Below are positions 56,430-64,000 of a stretch of 64,000 nucleotides of DNA, piece after piece. Below the pieces are notes generated by a model. The model was given only the letters and a program-made list of their open reading frames with translations. It made no database searches and had not been told where the DNA came from. The position numbers and the translations under genes are program-made. Every line of letters begins with the position of its first letter. The stretch's first letter is position 1. The stretch is from Spirochaetaceae bacterium (GTDB taxonomy: Bacteria > Spirochaetota > Spirochaetia > DSM-2461), in the NCBI GenBank assembly GCA_050031985.1, contig JBNAIG010000018.1, forward strand, positions 28,781 through 92,780. Reading direction: 5' to 3'.

Positions 56430-56787
56430 CTTCGGCTACCCGTGTTTTCAGGGCCTCTTCAATATCGTCATAGCCTACATAATACTCCTCTCCTATGAAA
56501 AGGAGAGGAAGGGCATAGGAGATATCCGGGAGATTTCGCTCTTCCATCATGGTCATGAGAAGTTCGGTCGATTCCGAATCGGCATAGGCCATATTCCAGC
56601 CCCTCCCTTCATACTCTCCCGAAGCGCTTAATACAATCACCAATCCGTTCAGGCTTTCCGCCCGGTCGTAGCTTTCACAGCCGGGGCAGGTCTCCATAAA
56701 GAAAAATCCCATGGGTTGGGCCGGAGCTTTCTCGCAGGCTGTAATGGTGAGGATAAGCAGGAGGATGGGAAGAAGCTTTCTTGTCAC
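56416..56787 (-). CDS. Small lipoprotein with CPGC redox-like motif
   Basis: MTRKLLPILLLILTITAC lipobox, then ETCPGCESY (CxxC). 123 aa. Convergent with, and overlapping by 14 nt, the CcdA-like gene. Confidence 0.45.
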   Translation of the reverse strand: MTRKLLPILLLILTITACEKAPAQPMGFFFMETCPGCESYDRAESLNGLVIVLSASGEYEGRGWNMAYADSESTELLMTMMEERNLPDISYALPLLFIGEEYYVGYDDIEEALKTRVAEVRGK

Positions 56788-57086
56788 GACAATTTCCTTT
56801 TCTGGATGAGGAAGAGAAGAAATCCTATGCTCATAAAGAGCAGGGGCAGAATAGTCAAAGTCACAGGAAGAAGGGGAAAATTGCCCGTGTAGCCCCAGTC
56901 GGGGTTGAGAACTTCCAGTTCAAAGAGAATGGAGTAGATTAGTTCCAGGTAGCGGACGAGGGTGCCCACAATGATGAAGAGCCAGGCGGCCTGCCTTGTT
57001 TTGGCCCAGGCCAGAATAGCCAGAAAGGCCAGGAGGAAGCCAAAAAAGAGCTTGAGCGAAATAAAAATCAGCGTTCCCGTTGCCAT
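56784..57086 (-). CDS. Small membrane protein (3 TM), hypothetical
   Basis: 100 aa, three hydrophobic helices. Translationally coupled to the CPGC lipoprotein gene (4-nt overlap). Confidence 0.4.
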   Translation of the reverse strand: MATGTLIFISLKLFFGFLLAFLAILAWAKTRQAAWLFIIVGTLVRYLELIYSILFELEVLNPDWGYTGNFPLLPVTLTILPLLFMSIGFLLFLIQKRKLS

Positions 57087-57097
57087 AAATCTTCTCC

Positions 57098-57823
57098 TTA
57101 TTTTGAACTGAATAGCTTATCCAGAGCTTTAAGCTCGTAGGCCGAAAGCTCCACCGGTAGATAGAGGGGTAGTTCCGGGCGGGCGGGAATGAGAACTTTC
57201 TGTTCCAGAGCCGCCTGTACGATCTCTTGGTAGTCTCCCTTTCCTATATAGCTCAGGCAAGGGCCCTTTCTTTCCCAATCTTTGTATTTGTCGAAGCTTT
57301 CCCACAGGGAAAAGTCCTTACGCTCCTTAAAGAGAGTAAAGTCGTGGAAGTTACGAATAATTCCTTCCAGAAGTACTGGCGAGATGGTATCTCCCGGGGG
57401 AAGTTCTTCCGTAGAGAGAATTATGACCGTCTGATCCAGACCGGGAAGCATAGGTTTAACAATAAGCCGGTCTTCCCGGGGAATAAAGGGGATCCACAGG
57501 GAGAAAGTGTCGTAAGACGTTCCCAAAGCCGCCCGGGCCCGCTCTTCATTGGCAAAAATCGCTATAAAGGGGTGTTTGGGAAAGAGTTTTCCCAGTTGTT
57601 TCTCCAGGCGGGCCGAATAGATAGAGGGATAGGCCGCCCAGATTCCCTTTTCCAGACTATTCTTTAGAGGAAGCATAGTTTTCCCCGGTTTGTGTCCCAT
57701 TAGGGCCCGTCCTCCGTCAAGGTAGAGGTCCAGGTAGCGGTTTCCCTTGTAATCGTATAGATGATAGTCCCGGCAGCGCTTTATAGGCGGCAGGCCGGAG
57801 GGTAGGTTATTGCCATTCGTCAT
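57098..57823 (-). CDS. Hypothetical protein with similarity pattern to the N-terminal part of class-III aminotransferases (truncated, no PLP-lysine region)
   Basis: HLYDYKGNRYLDLYLDGGRALMGH resembles the class III (e.g. GSA aminomutase) motif DxDGNxYIDY..SWGPxILGH. The protein is only 241 aa. Confidence 0.35.
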   Translation of the reverse strand: MTNGNNLPSGLPPIKRCRDYHLYDYKGNRYLDLYLDGGRALMGHKPGKTMLPLKNSLEKGIWAAYPSIYSARLEKQLGKLFPKHPFIAIFANEERARAALGTSYDTFSLWIPFIPREDRLIVKPMLPGLDQTVIILSTEELPPGDTISPVLLEGIIRNFHDFTLFKERKDFSLWESFDKYKDWERKGPCLSYIGKGDYQEIVQAALEQKVLIPARPELPLYLPVELSAYELKALDKLFSSK

Positions 57824-60005
57824 GGGCCAGTTTCTCCAGTTTGTGGGAGCAGAATTCCGGCATCAGTACGGCGGTCTTGCCCGACTCGAACTGTACATTA
57901 ATTACCAGATGTCCCCCGTTTTGTATTACATTAAATACCACGCCGTTTCCGTAATCGTCATGGTAAACCCGGGTTCCTACGGAATAGCCGCCCAGGACTT
58001 TGCCTCCCCCTTGGGGAATGTCCAGTTTTCCCGCTTCTGGGTAGGACACATCCTGGCTTTCGTTCCAGGGATCCTGTTCTTTAGAAGAAGAGGATCCTCC
58101 GAAATCATCGTAAGGGGCGGATTCGCTAATATGTTCGGCGGGGAGTTCGTTCAGGAAGCGGGAGGGCCAGCTCTCTTCCAGCCGTCCGTATCGGGGGCGG
58201 AAGCGGCAGCTTGTCATGTAGAGCTCCTTCATCGCCCGGGTAACGGCTACATAAAAGAGACGCCGCTCTTCCTCCGTATCCTCTTCGTTCTCATAAATAT
58301 CGCCGCCCCCCCGGGGAAAGAGTCCTTCCTCCATGCCGGTGATGATCACCCGTTCAAATTCGAGCCCCTTCGTGTTGTGCATGGTTATGAGAGTGACACC
58401 CTGTACATGTTCCGTCTCGTCGTGGGAGGGAGGATTGAGGCCCTGTTCTTCCATAAAGCGGACCAGTTCCTCCGTGGTGCCTCGATATTCGGAGGCGCTG
58501 TTAATAAGTTCGTGAATATTGTCTTCCCGGGTGGTCCCTTCCGCCCTGTCCCGGCCGCGGTAGTGTTCCATAAGGGAAAAGCGGTCCAGAAACTGGCGGA
58601 TATAATAGGCCAGGGAGTCCTTTTCGTCGTCCCAGAGGGGGCGGGCGTAGGCGGCGGTGAATTCTTCCAGACTCTTCTTTGCCTTGCCCCGCTGATGGGG
58701 AAGGGAGAGCTTTATTGCTTCCAGAACATCGTCCGTATCATCCAGAAAAGGATCTATTTTGGAAATAGCCCCGGCCCCAACCCCGCGGGTCGGTTTGTTG
58801 ATGATGCGCCGCATGGCCACTTCATCGGCATTGTTAAGAAGGAGACTCAGATAGGCCAGGCAGTCCTTAACCTCTTCCCGTTCATAGAAACTGAGGTTTC
58901 CCACAAGGCGGTAGGGGATATTGTTTTTTCTAAAGCAGTCTTCAAAGCTCTTTGACTGGGCGTTGGTACGGTAGAGAATGGCCGTTTCTTCGTAGCGTTT
59001 ATCCTTAAGCAGGTCTGTTACGTAGGCCGTCTCTTCCCGCTGGTCGGAAAAATAGAGGACCCGGGGTTTCTCTCCGTCTCCCTTTTGGGTCCAGAGCGTC
59101 TTGCCCAGCCGTCCCTGATTGTTGTTTACCACAGCCGAAGCGGCGGCCAGAATATGGCCGGTGGAACGATAGTTCTCCTCAAGGCGAATCACTTTTGTAT
59201 CGGGGAAGCGCTTTTCAAAGCTGAGGATGTTCTCTACCCGGGCTCCCCTAAAGCGGTAAATAGACTGGTCGTCGTCGCCCACCACGCAGAGCCGGTTCTC
59301 CGGTCCTACCAACTGCTCCAGGAGCATATCCTGGGCCCGGTTGGTATCCTGATATTCGTCTACCAGGATAGCCCGGAAACGCTGCCGTATCCGCTTCCGA
59401 ACTTCATCATGTTCTTTGAGAAGGCGTACGGGCAGGGATATGAGGTCGCCAAAGTCGGCATTGCCCACCCGGCGGAGTTTTTCTTCGTATTTGGCGTAGT
59501 ATTCGGGAAATCGGGGATCGTTGGAGACCTCCTTGAGATTGTCCGAAGGGCTCAGGCATTCGTCCTTGGCCTTTGAAATGAGGGAGGCATATACCTTGAG
59601 TTCATTACGGGGCTGGTCGGGATAAATGGTGCGGAGAAGCTCTACGGCGTCCTTGTCGTCATAGATCACAAAACTCGGCTTGAGGCCCATCAGCTCCGCA
59701 TTCAGCCTAAGCAGCCAGGCCCCAAAGGAGTGGAAGGTTTTAATCATGACCCGGGAAGAACCGGGGGCCATTTTCTCCACCCTCTCCTTCATCTCCGCTG
59801 CGGCTTTATTGGTAAAGGTCACCGCCAGAATAGAGGCGGGGTGAATCTGCTCGGCACCGATGAGGTAGGCAATGCGGGTGGTGATAACCCGGGTTTTGCC
59901 CGAACCGGCCCCGGCCAGAATTAACAGGGGGTCTTTCCCGTGGAGGACCGACTCCTTTTGCGGTTCATTTAGAAGATCCAGCTGTTTACTAAGGAGAGGA
60001 TGCAT
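57807..60005 (-). CDS. pcrA: ATP-dependent DNA helicase, UvrD/PcrA/Rep family
   Basis: LLSKQLDLLNEPQKESVLHGKDPLLILAGAGSGKTRVITTRIAYL (motifs Q and I), DEYQDTN (motif II), and C-terminal motifs V and VI. 732 aa. Confidence 0.85.
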   Translation of the reverse strand: MHPLLSKQLDLLNEPQKESVLHGKDPLLILAGAGSGKTRVITTRIAYLIGAEQIHPASILAVTFTNKAAAEMKERVEKMAPGSSRVMIKTFHSFGAWLLRLNAELMGLKPSFVIYDDKDAVELLRTIYPDQPRNELKVYASLISKAKDECLSPSDNLKEVSNDPRFPEYYAKYEEKLRRVGNADFGDLISLPVRLLKEHDEVRKRIRQRFRAILVDEYQDTNRAQDMLLEQLVGPENRLCVVGDDDQSIYRFRGARVENILSFEKRFPDTKVIRLEENYRSTGHILAAASAVVNNNQGRLGKTLWTQKGDGEKPRVLYFSDQREETAYVTDLLKDKRYEETAILYRTNAQSKSFEDCFRKNNIPYRLVGNLSFYEREEVKDCLAYLSLLLNNADEVAMRRIINKPTRGVGAGAISKIDPFLDDTDDVLEAIKLSLPHQRGKAKKSLEEFTAAYARPLWDDEKDSLAYYIRQFLDRFSLMEHYRGRDRAEGTTREDNIHELINSASEYRGTTEELVRFMEEQGLNPPSHDETEHVQGVTLITMHNTKGLEFERVIITGMEEGLFPRGGGDIYENEEDTEEERRLFYVAVTRAMKELYMTSCRFRPRYGRLEESWPSRFLNELPAEHISESAPYDDFGGSSSSKEQDPWNESQDVSYPEAGKLDIPQGGGKVLGGYSVGTRVYHDDYGNGVVFNVIQNGGHLVINVQFESGKTAVLMPEFCSHKLEKLAHDEWQ

Positions 60006-61369
60006 TAGGCTTCCCCTTCTTCCAGCGCAACTGCCTCCAGGTCAAAGCCGTTGGCCTTGATAATGCGGGCCCGAATGTGGTCGCCCGTTTTTAAATTTTC
60101 CCCGTGGAGAACGGTAAGCCCGTCAATTTCCGGGGCCTGGCCTACGGAGCGGCTCAGAAAGAGGTCTTCCTCGGGGATTTCTTCTTCCACAAGGAGGGTC
60201 ACTTCCTGTTCTATCCAGCGGGAGAGACGTTTTTCCGAGAGGGGAACCTGCTTCTCCTCCAGAATATTTTTGCGCTTTTCCCCTTTCGCTCTGGTGCGTC
60301 GGGCGGAGAAGGTGTGGCTCTCTTTGTAGGCGGGGGTGTCCTCTTCGGGAGAGAAGGAGAATACGCCCAGCCAGTCCAGTTCGGCCTTTTCCTGAAAATC
60401 AAGAAGTTCATTAAAGGCTGATTTGTCTTCGCCGGGGAAGCCGGTCATAAAGGTGGACCGAATCGTGCAATGGGGGAGTTCGGCCCTGATTTTTTCTATC
60501 AGTTCCAGGTAGATCTTACTGTTTCCTCTTCGTCCCATTCCGCGTAGAACCTTCTCCGAGGCGTGCTGGAAGGGGATGTCAAAGTAGGGAATGATCCGGG
60601 GATCTTCCTTCATAAGAGGGAGAATCTCAAATGGGAAGTGGTCCGGGTGAATATAGAGAAGGCGAATCCAGAAGTCTCCCTCCAGTTTGCTTATCTCTTT
60701 TAGAAGAACAGCCAGGTTGTCACCCCACTCTTCACCCCAATTGGCCAAGTCCTGGGTCACCAGATTGAATTCAAAAATCCCCTTGGATAGGAGGTCTTTA
60801 AGTTCATTGATGATCTCTTCGGAAGGCCGGCTGACTACAGGTCCCCGAATAAGGGGGATGGCACAGAAGCGGCAGTTGTTATTGCAGCCTTCGGCGATTT
60901 TAACATAGGCCGAGCCCTTGAATGAGAAGAGGTCCTTTCGCAAAGGAAAGCTGCTGTTACCCACCGGCTTCAGGAGTCGGTCTCCGGGAATATTTTCCAA
61001 AAAGTCCGGCACCTGTTCGGGGATCTTGTTTCCAAATACGGCGGTGAGTTCGGGGATCTGGTCGCGCAGCTCTTTGCCATAGCGCTGGGCCATACAGCCG
61101 GCGGCGATCACCTTTTTGCCGGGGTACTGTTGCAGGGTTCCCATTATGGTTTCCACCGCCTCTTTTTTGGCGCTTTCTATAAACCCGCAAGTGTTAATTA
61201 TAATAAAGGAGGCCTTTTCCGGCTCGTGGCGATAAAATTTCCATCCACGATCCAGAAGGGCGGATACCATAATCTCCGCGTCAACCTGGTTCTTGGAACA
61301 GCCCAGGTTTTCTATGTAAAAACTTCTAGTAGACGTGGAGAAGGAGGAGTTCGTATTGTCCTGACTCAT
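60005..61369 (-). CDS. rimO: Radical-SAM methylthiotransferase, MiaB/RimO family (RimO-like with C-terminal TRAM domain)
   Basis: MTTase N-terminal domain Cys (LGCSKNQVD...NTCGF), radical SAM CNNNCRFC, and a C-terminal TRAM-like region. The track ORF starts at 61417; start is uncertain because of the overlap with the upstream gene. Confidence 0.8.
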   Translation of the reverse strand: MSQDNTNSSFSTSTRSFYIENLGCSKNQVDAEIMVSALLDRGWKFYRHEPEKASFIIINTCGFIESAKKEAVETIMGTLQQYPGKKVIAAGCMAQRYGKELRDQIPELTAVFGNKIPEQVPDFLENIPGDRLLKPVGNSSFPLRKDLFSFKGSAYVKIAEGCNNNCRFCAIPLIRGPVVSRPSEEIINELKDLLSKGIFEFNLVTQDLANWGEEWGDNLAVLLKEISKLEGDFWIRLLYIHPDHFPFEILPLMKEDPRIIPYFDIPFQHASEKVLRGMGRRGNSKIYLELIEKIRAELPHCTIRSTFMTGFPGEDKSAFNELLDFQEKAELDWLGVFSFSPEEDTPAYKESHTFSARRTRAKGEKRKNILEEKQVPLSEKRLSRWIEQEVTLLVEEEIPEEDLFLSRSVGQAPEIDGLTVLHGENLKTGDHIRARIIKANGFDLEAVALEEGEA

Positions 61370-62438
61370 TTTTTGCCCATTGTATTTTTTTGGTCGCCAC
61401 TTCGCCCGCATCACCAAAGTCCAGTTCGACCCCGTTGATTTTGCCGTATACGGCGCCGGCGTTGGAAAGCCATAGTTCGATGCGGCTGTTTACTTCCACC
61501 CGGAGAGTATCCCCGTCTTTGTAGTATTTCTCTACCGCTTCGTCGTAGTCGGTTTTGTATCGGAGAAGACAGTAGCCGCGGAATTTAATATCCAGTGTGT
61601 ATCGTTCCCCGCCATTGGTTGAATAGATGAGAACCGGTTCCACCGTGCGGGACTGGACTCCCGAAGGAGCGCTGGTCTCAATTTCCGCCGTATCCAGGAG
61701 ATTGTCCGACTCTTCCCGATTCATTTCGCCCTGATTCAGCTTCTGGATGACAAGGATACCCCCGCCCTGGCTAAATCCGTAATCTTTGAGAGAAATACGG
61801 TAGTCCGGCGAATCCTGGAAGAGGGAGAAGAATTCCTCCTGTCCCAGGCTCAGGAAATAGCCCTGATGGTCGGGCGTTTCGTTGTTCTTCAGAGAGAGGC
61901 CGTTGCCCCGGTCGTTAATATTGAAAAGTACGCTCTTTTCTCCTTCTGTGAAAAGGATACTGTCCCCTTGGAGGAAGTGAAACTCCGAGATCTCTTCCAC
62001 AACGGGAAACTCCACGGCGGCGCGAACACTTTCTTCTACCCGGCTGGGTTTCTTCTTTTCCTTTTCGGGACGTTCTTCACCAAAGGGGAAAAGAAGGATG
62101 AAAGCCAGTGTCACAGCAATAACAGCCCCTCCTATAATCAGTATAAGGGGAGATACCTTAACTTTTTTCTTACCCACCAGAGCTTCAATGGGAGAGGGCT
62201 CTTCCTTGAGCTTGTGGTTCTTGTAGAGGGAAATTGTCTTTTCCGGGTCTAGTCCCAGGTAGTCCGCATAGGTGCGGAGGAAACCTATGAGATAGGCTTC
62301 GGCGGGGAAGTTTTCAAAACGCTCTCCCTCCAGATCTTCTATGTAGGACCGGGATATATTCGTTTCATGGACCACCTGATCCATGGTATATCCCCTCTCT
62401 TCTCTTGTTGTTCTTAACAGTTCACCCAATGCTTGCAT
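61326..62438 (-). CDS. rodZ: RodZ-like cytoskeleton protein (N-terminal HTH, single TM, C-terminal DUF4115-like domain)
   Basis: LGELLRTTREERGYTMDQVVHETNISRSYIEDLE (XRE-type HTH), TM LILIIGGAVIAVTLAFILLF, and a C-terminal beta-rich domain. Confidence 0.65.
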   Translation of the reverse strand: MQALGELLRTTREERGYTMDQVVHETNISRSYIEDLEGERFENFPAEAYLIGFLRTYADYLGLDPEKTISLYKNHKLKEEPSPIEALVGKKKVKVSPLILIIGGAVIAVTLAFILLFPFGEERPEKEKKKPSRVEESVRAAVEFPVVEEISEFHFLQGDSILFTEGEKSVLFNINDRGNGLSLKNNETPDHQGYFLSLGQEEFFSLFQDSPDYRISLKDYGFSQGGGILVIQKLNQGEMNREESDNLLDTAEIETSAPSGVQSRTVEPVLIYSTNGGERYTLDIKFRGYCLLRYKTDYDEAVEKYYKDGDTLRVEVNSRIELWLSNAGAVYGKINGVELDFGDAGEVATKKIQWAKNESGQYELLLLHVY

Positions 62439-62440
62439 AA

Positions 62441-63127
62441 TTACTCTTCCGGCTCAAATAGAAAGTTTTGTATATCGTTGCCCACAGGGGGCGATTCATA
62501 GTAAAAACGGGTGTTCGGAATATCCTCGTTTACCAGAAGGTTGAGGAAGTCGAACTGAATGATTTCGTACTTGGTAGAGGTGGCGGTAATCCGGCGGATA
62601 AGCTGATTTTCTCCTACGGCAATTTCCAGTTCTCTAAAGCCTTCCGAGGAGGAGAGCCATTCGAGGCGGAGTTTTACCACCATTTCTTCCGAACCCTCTT
62701 CCAACGCTTCCAGTCCGGGACCGGTTTTATAGCCGATCCGGTAGTTATCCTTTAAAAGGTGGAGCCCCTGGGAACCGGCCATGCTGGCGATAGTGGAGCT
62801 GGAGTGGCGCGCCAGAGTCTGGGTAAAGGTTACACTATGCTCGGGAAGGTGGAGAAGAAGAGTTTCCCCGTCCGTATTCAGTACAATGCCCTCGCTGTCT
62901 TCGTCGGTAAAATCCAGCCGAAGAAGGTTGGGGCTTTTGTAGAAAATATTGGCGGTCTGTACCACATCGCCACGGGTTATAATTATCTCTCCCTGGTAGT
63001 CTTTAACGGTTCCGTAATTCTCGGACAAACGGTCAAAATAGTTTTCCGCCGTCTCCTGAGCGGACAGAATGACCCCTGTAAATAGCAACAGGAAGAGCAA
63101 AAAGCACGATTTATTCAAAGTGAACAC
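62441..63127 (-). CDS. lolA: Outer-membrane lipoprotein carrier protein LolA family
   Basis: Signal peptide. The YQGEIIITRGDVVQTANIFYKSPNLLRLDFTDEDS pattern parallels the LolA motif around VKRPNLFNW. 228 aa. Confidence 0.6.
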   Translation of the reverse strand: MFTLNKSCFLLFLLLFTGVILSAQETAENYFDRLSENYGTVKDYQGEIIITRGDVVQTANIFYKSPNLLRLDFTDEDSEGIVLNTDGETLLLHLPEHSVTFTQTLARHSSSTIASMAGSQGLHLLKDNYRIGYKTGPGLEALEEGSEEMVVKLRLEWLSSSEGFRELEIAVGENQLIRRITATSTKYEIIQFDFLNLLVNEDIPNTRFYYESPPVGNDIQNFLFEPEE

Positions 63128-63309
63128 CTCTTTTATATTACCCTATATTACTCCATATTTTATCCCTATCTGTCAAGGACATATAAAAGGAGGGAAAGGG
63201 GGGCGTTTCCCGGGAGAAAAAGAAAGGAGATCCGGTGAATCTTGTGTGATTTTAATCTTATCCCTTGAAATCCTCTTCCCCATGAACGAGAATTCAAGCA
63301 GGTATTGTT

Positions 63310-64000
63310 ATGGAAAGGTATTTGCAGGATTTAAAAATCAAATGGCAGACATCCCTTGACTTACTAGCCGAGGAAGTAGGAGCCCCCTATGGTGTCTTCC
63401 TTCGAGCCCTTTCCGACGGTTGGGAGCTTTTTGCGGCAAATTCCGAAAGCCCCGCCAGCTTCCCTTCCGGGGGACAATGCCGGGGCGAACTAAGCGAACG
63501 GGATTTGAATGAACTCATTGGGAACGGAACCTATTGCCGGACCATAGATCCCTCTCTAATAAATAAAAAAATCCTTCCCTATATCGAAGAAACCGGAGTG
63601 AGTCACTATTGCGGTTTCTCCGTTGTCCATGAAGAGGAACTCTTTGGCCTGCTTTTCCTGGTGGGTAATTCTCCCTTTAAATGGAATCAGAAGAGCGAGT
63701 TGTTTTTACGCCGTTTCAAAACCCTTCTGGAAGAGGACCTGCAGGCTCTCTCCGACAAGGCCCGCTATTGCGATGAATTAACCCGTTCCCGCCTGGCGTC
63801 CCAGGCGACGGGATACGAAGCGGACAAGAGTTCCCGGGACCCGCTTGCCGCTATTCTGGATTTTGCCGGACGGGAGGAAATCCATCGGGCGACAACCCCC
63901 GTACTTCCCTTAATGGACGATATTCACCGTTCACATGAGCCCTATATGCCCACGGGAGTCAAATTGGTTACCCGTATCCGCTGCCCCTATGATTACTCCC
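63310..64000 (+). CDS. Hypothetical protein, 3'-partial at the window edge (possible GAF/PAS-like small-molecule sensor fold)
   Basis: Open frame from ATG 63310 to the window end (MERYLQDLKIKWQTSLDLLAEEVGAPYGVFL...). No recognisable catalytic motif. Confidence 0.35.
   Translation, partial: MERYLQDLKIKWQTSLDLLAEEVGAPYGVFLRALSDGWELFAANSESPASFPSGGQCRGELSERDLNELIGNGTYCRTIDPSLINKKILPYIEETGVSHYCGFSVVHEEELFGLLFLVGNSPFKWNQKSELFLRRFKTLLEEDLQALSDKARYCDELTRSRLASQATGYEADKSSRDPLAAILDFAGREEIHRATTPVLPLMDDIHRSHEPYMPTGVKLVTRIRCPYDYS

Noticed and set aside
57810-58955. 381-aa plus-strand ORF
   Set aside because: Antisense to the UvrD/PcrA helicase gene, which has all the helicase motifs. No features of its own.

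Overview
This 64-kb window looks like a gene-dense chromosomal region of about 50% GC, with roughly 60 protein-coding genes, mostly on the minus strand. I found no rRNA, tRNA, CRISPR array, integrase or transposase, so there is nothing mobile or defence-like here. The interest lies in envelope, redox and signalling modules.

The gene content suggests an anaerobic diderm with a rich signalling repertoire (spirochaete-like at low confidence): two MCPs, two GGDEF proteins including one 7TMR-DISM type, a sigma-54 activator, Hpt, membrane-anchored AraC/LuxR regulators. Oxidative-stress gear includes a sigma-54-driven peroxiredoxin, PerR with reverse rubrerythrin, a NOX-like ferric reductase, and a CcdA/thioredoxin-like fusion.

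Recognisable operons:
- phnDCE phosphonate ABC transporter.
- A compact minus-strand operon (13.5-18.3 kb) of ferredoxin, Tat-signal FAD flavoprotein, TatC, two TatA paralogs and a NapH-like membrane ferredoxin. It ends in a membrane sensor with a conserved 4-Cys C-terminal module, which also appears on a second, unrelated sensor at 41.4-42.8 kb.
- A GntR-led operon (26.3-32.9 kb) of SPFH protein, ABC ATPase, three FtsX-type permeases and a LolA-like periplasmic protein, then a GC-rich structured element and an OM beta-barrel.
- hflK-hflC next to rlmE (ftsJ).
- rimO, rodZ-like and lolA-like genes at the 3' end.

Regulatory sites seen directly in the sequence:
- Two near-consensus sigma-54 promoters (TGGCAC-N5-TTGCA upstream of the peroxiredoxin, TGGCAC-N6-TGCA upstream of hsp20).
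- Inverted-repeat candidate activator sites next to a divergent GAF-type sigma-54 activator.
- A 7-1-7 PerR/Fur-box-like palindrome upstream of rubrerythrin.
- Clear rho-independent terminators after hsp20 and the peroxiredoxin.

All functional calls are from reading motifs in the translations; no database searches were run. Coordinates that I derived myself (alternative starts, small ORFs, motif positions) may be off by a few nucleotides.
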